From: a virus
IMG/VR virus record: IMGVR_UViG_3300045988_133735
Length of the DNA: 64,000 nt
Direction: 5' to 3' (one strand)
Positions 1 through 6,667 of this stretch are shown here, in pieces. A program made the position numbers and the translations under genes. The first letter of the stretch is position 1; each line of letters starts with the position of its first letter. Under the pieces are notes generated by a model that worked only from the letters and a program-made list of their open reading frames with translations, did no database searches and was not told the DNA's origin.

Positions 1-1
1 A

Positions 2-232
2 GAATGGTGGAGCATCTGCGGCAAAACCTACAACGCATGTGAGCGGCCTGCATCGAGTTACGGCGACCTCAGCAGAACCCCGTGGTGCTATCTGAAAAAA
101 CGCTGGTTCATTGATCATCTGAACAAAAAGGGCATTCCTTATGATGATCTGGTCGTGGATGATGTTACCGGTGTTACCTTCTACGAGAGCCAGAAAAGAA
201 CGTCCCAAGCCTATATGAGAAAGCTGCGGTAA
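2..232 (+). CDS. C-terminal part of a hypothetical protein (5' end outside the window)
   Basis: Frame is open from base 2 to TAA 230-232 (EWWSICGKTYNACERP...QAYMRKLR*). Same strand and spacing as the following genes. No family recognised. Confidence 0.4.
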   Translation, partial: EWWSICGKTYNACERPASSYGDLSRTPWCYLKKRWFIDHLNKKGIPYDDLVVDDVTGVTFYESQKRTSQAYMRKLR

Positions 233-247
233 TAGGAGAATAATTAT

Positions 248-466
248 ATGAAAGCTTATGACGCATTAACTGCTGTACTTAGAACCGTTGAAGCGAATCA
301 TGCCAAATTACGCGAAGAACCTGATTCTGACGGCGATACCCATGATAAATGGGAAGCGGAAGAAGATGTTCTGTGCGAATTGGAGGAGGCGCTTGAAGAA
401 GCTATTGATCGATACGAAGAAGCGATGGAAGTGCGAAAGAGTTTGCGAGTTGCAATATTGAAATAA
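248..466 (+). CDS. small, strongly acidic hypothetical protein (72 aa)
   Basis: ORF track. RBS taGGAGaataattatATG. D/E-rich helical sequence. No family recognised. Confidence 0.6.
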   Translation: MKAYDALTAVLRTVEANHAKLREEPDSDGDTHDKWEAEEDVLCELEEALEEAIDRYEEAMEVRKSLRVAILK

Positions 467-491
467 CAACCAAGAAGTTTAAATTAGGGGG

Positions 492-520
492 TTGAATATT
501 AAGACATAATATGGTAGAAT
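492..520 (+). promoter_or_regulatory. sigma70-like promoter (TTGAAT-N17-TAGAAT, TG-extended -10)
   Basis: TTGAAT at 492-497, a 17-nt spacer ending in TGg, and TAGAAT at 515-520. It sits upstream of the 581 gene. Confidence 0.45.
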
Positions 521-580
521 AACAACTGAAAATAGTAATACCGCAGAATTCAATGTGAATTTCGGTTGTATTTGGAGGTC

Positions 581-904
581 ATGATGATAAAAACTTTTAC
601 TGCGGAGGAGTTTTTTAGCTACATCCGGTCTTTTGAAAAAATGTATGTGTGGTGCGGTTCGGATGGAAACAGCGGATTGTTTATTCGGGCAAATCCAAAA
701 CGCGCTGCTATCATGAAAAGAAAAAATGGGTATGAGATATCTTGCATGATCACTCAGAAAGGAGCAATGTTTTGCGAGGAAGGCGGGTTGATACTTTACG
801 GCAATGAATTTCAATGTGATATTGAAACAGATTGCGCTAGATATGAGGTGGCTGTAAAATCCGATAAGATGGCTGGCCTGATGAAAATCATTTTACAAAC
901 ATAA
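581..904 (+). CDS. hypothetical protein
   Basis: ORF track frame 566..904. ATG 581 is preferred because GGAGG lies 5 nt upstream (tttGGAGGtcATGATG). No family recognised. Confidence 0.6.
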   Translation: MMIKTFTAEEFFSYIRSFEKMYVWCGSDGNSGLFIRANPKRAAIMKRKNGYEISCMITQKGAMFCEEGGLILYGNEFQCDIETDCARYEVAVKSDKMAGLMKIILQT

Positions 905-930
905 CTTAAAAATAAAATAAATAAAAACGC

Positions 931-959
931 TTGACAAGTAAGGTTTGAGGTGATATAAT
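931..959 (+). promoter_or_regulatory. consensus sigma70 promoter (TTGACA-N17-TATAAT with TGn extension)
   Basis: TTGACA at 931-936, a 17-nt spacer, then tgaTATAAT with TATAAT at 954-959. It lies 40 nt upstream of the MazF-like ORF. Confidence 0.6.
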
Positions 960-1000
960 GATACCATAGAGAACAAGCCATAGACAAGGAGGTCGTAAAT

Positions 1001-1417
1001 ATGTTCGTGGCTGGAAAGAGCATCCCGAAGATCGGCGAAATCCGTTTTGGATACGCCAGTGACGATGAAAGTCGACTAAGTACTCATAAATACGTCGGCG
1101 TCCATCCGTATCTCGTCGTGTCAAACAATACTTACAATAAGACTTCTGGACAGTGCGAAGTTATTCCGTTTACCACAAAGCGGATCGGCAAGTACAATCC
1201 AGTTCACGTTGAGTATAAGGCGGGCGAGGTAAGTGGGTTAATCAAAGATTCCACTCTAATCATTGAGGGAAGAGACACGCTACGAAATTGCCAGCTTAGC
1301 GAACCGGTGGGCGAGTTCACGGAAGGAAACTGGGAGCGTGTTGTGGAAGCAATGAAAGTTCAGTGCCCTTTCCTGAGAAAAGAATCAACAGATAGCCCTG
1401 TTTTGACAATTGCATAA
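1001..1417 (+). CDS. MazF/PemK-family-like endoribonuclease toxin
   Basis: HPYLVVSNNTYNKTSGQCEVIPFTT...PVHVEY...DSTLIIEGRDTLRNCQL..VGEF....ERVVEAMKV aligns by eye with the MazF/EndoA pattern (RPVLVxxND...xVxPxTS...PxHVxx...SVxLxEQIRTID..RL..xxG.L). Confidence 0.65.
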   Translation: MFVAGKSIPKIGEIRFGYASDDESRLSTHKYVGVHPYLVVSNNTYNKTSGQCEVIPFTTKRIGKYNPVHVEYKAGEVSGLIKDSTLIIEGRDTLRNCQLSEPVGEFTEGNWERVVEAMKVQCPFLRKESTDSPVLTIA

Positions 1418-1428
1418 ATTATTGTCTA

Positions 1429-1457
1429 TTGAAAAAATTCCTTACATAGTGTAAAAT
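1429..1457 (+). promoter_or_regulatory. sigma70-like promoter (TTGAAA-N17-TAAAAT, TG-extended)
   Basis: TTGAAA at 1429-1434, a 17-nt spacer ending in gTGt, and TAAAAT at 1452-1457. Confidence 0.5.
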
Positions 1458-1485
1458 ATTATAAAAACACCTTCACTATGTAAGG
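1440..1485. promoter_or_regulatory. perfect 12-bp inverted repeat bridging the -10 region and the RBS (operator or RBS-sequestering hairpin)
   Basis: ccttacatagtg (1440-1451) and cactatgtaagg (1474-1485) are exact reverse complements. The right arm overlaps the RBS taAGGAGtgaatATG. Confidence 0.5.
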
Positions 1486-1492
1486 AGTGAAT

Positions 1493-2557
1493 ATGATGGA
1501 TAGTACAATGTACAACCACGATCGCAAAGCTGCTTTCATGGAATTTTATATCAATGGTGGAAGAAATGAAAACACCATTAGGTATAGGCAAAGGGATGCA
1601 GTAACTGCGTTGAATAAGGTTGCGATTGTTGAAACAAAATACAATAAAGATTTCTGTGAATTTAAAAGCGGCTCAACAGAGATGAATGATCTTTGTGTTT
1701 TGTGGCTTAACAATTTGGCGGATCAAAGAAGAGTAAGAATGACATCTATTTTAAGAGCCTATCTTAAATGGTGTTATCAAAACGATTATATCAACGCCGA
1801 ACAATATTATAGTCATGATATGACTGGCACAGTATCTAGAAGTTCAAATAAAACCGACGTCTGGTCTTCGATGTTGATTAAACAGATGGAGGTTGCAAGC
1901 GAAAACGAAACAAACTCTCTAGACTCTGACTTTATTTTTGAAGATAAGGAGTCCTTTATAGAATATGTTTCGACTGTGCTTGGTCATGAAAAATATACAA
2001 TGCCGGCAGCTTTAATGATCCTGCTTTATTATCAGTTTGAATCTACAGCTGTAACGAAAATATTAAAGGCAGAAGTAGATGCTGCTGGACATACAGTGCA
2101 AAACGTTTATATTGATGACGAAACAGCATTTAATATTATTTATCGTGCAAAAGTCATTGATAGTTATAGCACAACGTTTGAAAGAAATAATAAAAATTAT
2201 GATCGAATAGAGTATTATGCTGATTCTCCATACTTGTTAAGAAATACTTCAAGAGGAAGAAAAAAAGAACAAGAAGCTGATCAGCAAGTGCCATATTCGT
2301 TTGTAAAAAAGGTTATGGAAGTGGAACGAAAAGCGAATAAAGAACTTCCAGAAGATTCTCCGTATAAAAATGTTATTATAAAGGGCGCAACAATTTCAAA
2401 ATTAAAACTGTTCCACGAGATGAGAGTGGACGAAAAAAAGTACGGATTAGAATTTGTAAAAGAAAACATAATAGATGGAAAGTATGGTAATTATACAGTT
2501 CCGCAAACGGTATATAGAGAGTATTGTTTGATGGCGTCCAAAGCACGAAAAATTTAA
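1493..2557 (+). CDS. hypothetical protein (about 354 aa)
   Basis: ORF track 1487..2557. ATG 1493 is preferred for its spacing to AGGAG. No family confidently recognised. Confidence 0.65.
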   Translation: MMDSTMYNHDRKAAFMEFYINGGRNENTIRYRQRDAVTALNKVAIVETKYNKDFCEFKSGSTEMNDLCVLWLNNLADQRRVRMTSILRAYLKWCYQNDYINAEQYYSHDMTGTVSRSSNKTDVWSSMLIKQMEVASENETNSLDSDFIFEDKESFIEYVSTVLGHEKYTMPAALMILLYYQFESTAVTKILKAEVDAAGHTVQNVYIDDETAFNIIYRAKVIDSYSTTFERNNKNYDRIEYYADSPYLLRNTSRGRKKEQEADQQVPYSFVKKVMEVERKANKELPEDSPYKNVIIKGATISKLKLFHEMRVDEKKYGLEFVKENIIDGKYGNYTVPQTVYREYCLMASKARKI

Positions 2558-2566
2558 AAAGATACT

Positions 2567-2595
2567 GAGCCGAAAGGCTCTTTATCTTTCGGTTT
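2567..2595 (+). terminator. rho-independent terminator
   Basis: gagcc-gaaa-ggctc hairpin followed by tttatctttcggttt. Confidence 0.6.
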
Positions 2596-2637
2596 ACAAA
2601 CATGACTTAAATATACATATAGTAAGAAGGTGATAAG

Positions 2638-3243
2638 ATGAAGCGGATAATTGCGGCGTGTATCTCAACGATTATGGTTGCGTGTATAGCTATTTCGGCT
2701 GCAGCTGATGATCCAATTGGGATATACGACAGTTGGAAGCCGGATTTAAAAGAATACACTTCACAAGTCTGCGATGAATATGGAGTCGATTATAGTTTGG
2801 CTCTTGGCGTGATATATAATGAAAGCCGATTTAAAAGCGGACTGACTCATATGAACTCAAACGGAACAACCGATTATGGGCTGATGCAAGTCAATGAGGT
2901 TAATTTCAAATATTTGAACAAGACGCTCGGCATTACATCAATGAATCAGCTGTTGGATGATCGAGTCGGAATTAGATGTGGAGTTCACCTGCTTGCCTAT
3001 CATAAGAATGCAACAGGAAATGACTCCGCAGCTCTCCTACGATATCAGGTGGGAGAAGGTACATATAGAAAGTATATAAAACGTGGTAAGTACACAAACG
3101 ATACTCATGGTCGGGTATGGCAGTACAGAAACATCTATCATGAATATCTGAATCAAACGATCGCTGAATCAAAACTAGATGGATTTGCGAAGAGAGATCC
3201 GATTGAATCCATTTTAAATACGTGGGCAGAAATGCTCACTTGA
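2638..3243 (+). CDS. lytic transglycosylase (SLT domain) with N-terminal signal or anchor
   Basis: Hydrophobic N-terminus. SLT signature ...GVIYNESRF...TDYGLMQVN... (catalytic E-S, GLMQ motif). Confidence 0.75.
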   Translation: MKRIIAACISTIMVACIAISAAADDPIGIYDSWKPDLKEYTSQVCDEYGVDYSLALGVIYNESRFKSGLTHMNSNGTTDYGLMQVNEVNFKYLNKTLGITSMNQLLDDRVGIRCGVHLLAYHKNATGNDSAALLRYQVGEGTYRKYIKRGKYTNDTHGRVWQYRNIYHEYLNQTIAESKLDGFAKRDPIESILNTWAEMLT

Positions 3244-3246
3244 TAA

Positions 3247-3321
3247 GCTGGTGTAGCTCAGAGGCAGAGCACGGTACTTGTAATGCCGGGGTCGAGATTC
3301 CGAAATTCTCCATCAGCTCCA
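3247..3321 (+). tRNA. tRNA-Thr (anticodon TGT), CCA encoded
   Basis: Hand-folded cloverleaf. Acceptor GCTGGTG/CATCAGC, D arm GCTC..GAGC, anticodon arm CGGTA-CTTGTAA-TGCCG. The T arm is slightly irregular. Confidence 0.7.
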
Positions 3322-3372
3322 TTGAACGGCGGTAGCCGCATTAAAGATTACATATTTTAAAGGAGTAAGATT

Positions 3373-4014
3373 ATGACTACTGAAACTATGACAATTCATC
3401 GCGGTCTGGCAGAGTTGAAGGTTATTGAAGATCGCATCAACAAGCTTCTTCGTGAAGCTAAGTTTTGTGCACCAGCTAAAAAGAGTATGAAGAAGTTGGA
3501 TGGTGTGGATATCGATGAGTTTAAAACAAATGCTCAGTCCGTTTTCGATAAGATCACTGCACTGATTTCAAAGCAGGCAGCACTTAAGCGAGCGATTTCC
3601 GAATCCAACGCAAAGACTTATGTTACTGTGGCCGGGGTCAATTTTACCGTTGCAATGGCAATTTGGATGAATCAGCATGGCATTGATTTCCAGAGTGCAC
3701 TGCTTAATGTAATCGATCGCCAGTACTCTAATGCCACTGCCGTAATTGAAAATGCAAATGCTCGTCTGAGTGATCGTGCTGACGCTTTTGTGAGCGCTAC
3801 GAATTCCGCTTCAGATAAGAACAACATGGATGCTGAGACTCTGAAGGAAATCCGCCAGGATTACATGGATCGCGAGACTATGGCCCTGGTTGATGGTATC
3901 GATGTTAAGAAGGTAAAGAGCGAACTGGCTGATAAGATCGATAAGTTCAAGGCCGAAGTCGATGCGGCACTGTCTGCTTCTAATGCTGTGACTGAGATCA
4001 CGATTGAATACTAA
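3373..4014 (+). CDS. hypothetical coiled-coil protein
   Basis: ORF track. RBS aAGGAGtaagattATG. No family recognised. Confidence 0.65.
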   Translation: MTTETMTIHRGLAELKVIEDRINKLLREAKFCAPAKKSMKKLDGVDIDEFKTNAQSVFDKITALISKQAALKRAISESNAKTYVTVAGVNFTVAMAIWMNQHGIDFQSALLNVIDRQYSNATAVIENANARLSDRADAFVSATNSASDKNNMDAETLKEIRQDYMDRETMALVDGIDVKKVKSELADKIDKFKAEVDAALSASNAVTEITIEY

Positions 4015-4205
4015 GTTGTAACACCGCAAGGTGTCTACATAGTCATTGTTTATCGAAAACGACAAACCGTAATTGTTCGCTTTTGTTTATAGGGACTTGC
4101 TTAAGCGAAATCAAAATATAAAAAGCTAACACCTATATAAAAGTGGCCTTATAAGCCTTCATGATGAAGAACAAGTTTATATTAGATTATAAATAATACT
4201 TGATT

Positions 4206-4277
4206 TTCTGATTTGCTAAATGGTTAAAGCGACAGACAGAAAATCTGTAATTGTAGGTTCGAATCCTGCATCAGAGA
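4206..4277 (+). tRNA. non-canonical tRNA-like gene (GAA anticodon position, but A at position 33)
   Basis: Acceptor TTCTGAT/ATCAGAG (T1.G72). T arm GTAGG-TTCGAAT-CCTGC. Anticodon arm ACAGA-CAGAAAA-TCTGT, which lacks the near-invariant U33. Confidence 0.45.
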
Positions 4278-4551
4278 ACAAAATCGATCAGTAAGCGGAA
4301 TCAACCCAAGGGAAGATACGAGCTGATCAAATTCATCCGGAAAGGTTAAAGTTTACGATTAAAGGTTAAAGGTTGAAAGTTCAAAGCTTAAACTTCTAGC
4401 TAAAGATTAACGTATAACGAATACAGGTCAAAGAATATTAAAATCCATGAGTTTGTGTTTGTGGATCAATTACGTAAGTCCCGTCGTTTACCACATGGCT
4501 GATAAATGGTGAACGCCTTGGCAGGGGCGTAACAATACCTGCCGTTTATAT

Positions 4552-4630
4552 GGAGCGATAGCTTAAAAAGGGAAAAGTGCTGGTGGCTACGATTCACCAG
4601 AGATGCAGGGTTCGAACCCCACTCGCTTCA
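4552..4630 (+). tRNA. tRNA-Arg-like (anticodon ACG), non-canonical geometry
   Basis: Acceptor GGAGCGA/TCGCTTC. Anticodon arm GGTGG-CTACGAT-TCACC, extendable to 7 bp. T loop TTCGAAC, but only 3 WC pairs in the T stem. The D region is long. Confidence 0.45.
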
Positions 4631-4719
4631 AAATTATGTCTACTATTCCTTGTCCTATGTAGCGGGGAGGTACCCCCTGCGAGAATCATAGTAGTGGCAT
4701 AAAAAGGCAAGGTAAATAT

Positions 4720-4794
4720 GGTTCTGTAGCTCAGTCGGTAGAGCAGCGGATTGAAGCTCCGTGTGCGCCTGTTCAATTCAGGCCGGGACCACCA
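4720..4794 (+). tRNA. tRNA-Phe (anticodon GAA), CCA encoded
   Basis: GGTTCTG-TA-GCTCAGTCGGTAGAGC-A-GCGGA-TTGAAGC-TCCGT...GCCTG-TTCAATT-CAGGC-CGGGACC-A-CCA. Confidence 0.85.
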
Positions 4795-5250
4795 ATGTGC
4801 AAGTTGATTTGATGATTGAGTTTGAGTTCATAATTCCCTCCGATTGATAATGCGTTTTCCGTCTGAGATAAATCCACAGACCCAAATGATGTTATCAATG
4901 AAATTTGCAACAGGATTAGCGAGGCAGTCACACTCCTGATCAGGGGTCGATGTAGCAAGCTTGGTCAAACTGCGTGCCCTGACGATGTAAGATCCGCATT
5001 CCGAGCGCAACTGTGCGTGAGTCTCACCAGCTCGAAAACAGTGAGAGGTGAAGGAATAACACTGAAAAACCTTATGTAGCGCGGCTATAACCCGGGAGAG
5101 GCTTGACCCAAAAGGATGATCGAGTTTGAGAACCGCAGTGGATAAGCATATCGCCAATAGTGCTCTGAAGAGTAACGGTAAATGCCGGACGCCTGACCCG
5201 TTAAAGCCAGGACGAGGACCACAGGTGACATCCCTCTGTGGTCGTTATAT
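4795..5250 (+). ncRNA. candidate structured non-coding RNA (class unknown) between tRNA-Phe and tRNA-Tyr
   Basis: About 455 nt with no credible ORF on the transcribed strand. It has several perfect local stems (for example gaccacag/ctgtggtc and tctcac/gtgaga) and a 16-nt direct repeat, gatgatYgagtttgag, at 4811 and 5115. Confidence 0.25.
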
Positions 5251-5338
5251 AGGTCAGTGTGCTGAATGGTTGAAGGCAGCAGGCTGTAAACCTGTGACAC
5301 CAGAAACGTTGTAGGTTCGAATCCTACCTGACCTACCA
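5251..5338 (+). tRNA. tRNA-Tyr (anticodon GTA), long variable arm, CCA encoded
   Basis: Acceptor AGGTCAG/CTGACCT. Anticodon arm GCAGG-CTGTAAA-CCTGT. Long variable arm. T arm GTAGG-TTCGAAT-CCTAC. Confidence 0.85.
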
Positions 5339-5464
5339 AGTAAGTGATTCTTAAATTGCGCAGAACAAAGGATTAGCCTTTTAGGGGCTGTTACTATTAT
5401 AATGGCAGCCCTGATTATCGGTGATGATGCCAACTCGCGAGGGTGCGTAAGCCGACTTTTATAT

Positions 5465-5540
5465 GCGACTGTAGCCAAGTGGTATGGCATACGACTTTTA
5501 ATCGTAAAATCGTCGAGTTCAATTCTCACCAGTCGCACCA
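5465..5540 (+). tRNA. tRNA-Lys (anticodon TTT), CCA encoded, weak T stem
   Basis: Acceptor GCGACTG/CAGTCGC. Anticodon arm TACGA-CTTTTAA-TCGTA. T loop TTCAATT with only 3 WC pairs in the T stem. Confidence 0.6.
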
Positions 5541-5675
5541 CGCGGTAAGTAGTTTTCGAGTTGCAACTATTGTAGCCAGCATTAGCGCGTACGGCTGATG
5601 TGATGGTATTGTTAGTAGTTCTGCGGAAGGAACAAAAACATAAACCGATGGCGGCTGGAAAGACAGCAATCATAT

Positions 5676-5748
5676 AGGCCCATAGCTTAATTGGTTAAAG
5701 TTGCGGTCTCCAAAACCGTCGATTTCCGTTCGAGTCGGAATGGGCTTG
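5676..5748 (+). tRNA. tRNA-Trp (anticodon CCA)
   Basis: Acceptor AGGCCCA/TGGGCTT. Anticodon arm GCGGT-CTCCAAA-ACCGT. T arm TTCCG-TTCGAGT-CGGAA. Confidence 0.8.
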
Positions 5749-5777
5749 CTACATACAAATGACAAGGAGATGATTCT

Positions 5778-6107
5778 ATGAACGTCGTGAAATTCAAACC
5801 AGAGGACTACGCAAAGAGTTCTTGTTCGACTGAATTCTATAAAGCAGTCGGTTTGTTCGACATCATCAAGGCCGGCGCTGTAACAAACGTTCATCAGATG
5901 AAAATCAATCCGAAGACTTACAAGGAAGTAGATGAGAAGCTGTGCTCAAACTGGAAACGGAATAAAGTCACAAAACGGCTTCGACAAGACAAAGCTCAAT
6001 CGATGATCTCATTTGACTGGATGAATTATTCGCCTGTACAAGATGAAATCGTTCCTGAAAATGAAATCTGGTGGGAGACTGCAAATGAAACAGCAGCAGA
6101 CGTATAA
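5778..6107 (+). CDS. hypothetical protein
   Basis: ORF track. RBS acAAGGAGatgattctATG. Confidence 0.6.
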   Translation: MNVVKFKPEDYAKSSCSTEFYKAVGLFDIIKAGAVTNVHQMKINPKTYKEVDEKLCSNWKRNKVTKRLRQDKAQSMISFDWMNYSPVQDEIVPENEIWWETANETAADV

Positions 6108-6258
6108 AGGGCTTTTTGATAGTTGGCACTATGAAGACTGGCCGCATTATCAATATAAGCCAGACAAAAAATTTGATCGTAAATTAGCAAAAGCTCGTCT
6201 AAAACGTATTGAGCTGGAACAAATCAAAAAGGAGATCGAACGTTATGGCAATGATTGA
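6085..6258 (+). CDS. hypothetical small protein
   Basis: Frame of track ORF 6043..6258. The internal ATG 6085 is preferred (MKQQQTYKG...) and overlaps the end of the previous gene. Confidence 0.45.
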   Translation: MKQQQTYKGLFDSWHYEDWPHYQYKPDKKFDRKLAKARLKRIELEQIKKEIERYGND

Positions 6259-6529
6259 TCCGCACGATGATGACTTCGGTGTCATTTGTAATTGTGCTGT
6301 TCGATACGCAGTCGGGCGCAGAACATATATGCCTAGTCTTGTGATCGATTTCATTACACCGCATCTGAGCGAGTTGACAGATAAAACGCTATGGTGCTTT
6401 CAGCGAGATCTATATCAACGTCTGGATGAAGGGTTTGATTTTGGAGATGAATTTGAGCTTCAAAACTGGATGAGCTTTCTGGAAGATGTTGATAAAGAGA
6501 TCGAGAAAAGAAAAACAGAGGGCGAATAA
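6245..6529 (+). CDS. hypothetical protein
   Basis: Frame of track ORF 6209..6529. ATG 6245 is preferred (RBS aAGGAGatcgaacgttATG). Confidence 0.55.
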   Translation: MAMIDPHDDDFGVICNCAVRYAVGRRTYMPSLVIDFITPHLSELTDKTLWCFQRDLYQRLDEGFDFGDEFELQNWMSFLEDVDKEIEKRKTEGE

Positions 6530-6539
6530 CCCTCTTTTA
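6517..6539 (+). terminator. rho-independent terminator
   Basis: agaggg-cgaataa-ccctct hairpin running into tttt. It overlaps the stop codon of the 6245..6529 gene. Confidence 0.55.
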
Positions 6540-6542
6540 TAT

Positions 6543-6590
6543 GGCAGTGTGTCCGAGTGGTTTAAGGAAATAGTCTCACAAATTAGAATT
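6543..6590 (+). pseudogene. 5'-half tRNA fragment (type II-like acceptor plus D arm) with no matching 3' half
   Basis: GGCAGTG-TG-TCCGAGTGGTTTAAGGA resembles the acceptor and D arm of Ser/Leu-type tRNAs. No T arm and no CACTGCC acceptor 3' strand were found downstream. Confidence 0.35.
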
Positions 6591-6667
6591 TTATCATTCG
6601 CGCCAAGGACAATTGATTTGAAATTTAATAGAAAGGGGTTAGCAATTGCGCTAATAACAGGTGGTTA

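Noticed and set aside
4594-5894. Short - strand ORFs across the tRNA island (for example 4828..5157, 5254..5673, 5670..5894) and the + strand ORF 5126..5314.
   Set aside because: They overlap hand-folded tRNA genes or the structured spacer, lack RBSs and have implausible composition. The region is better explained as RNA genes.
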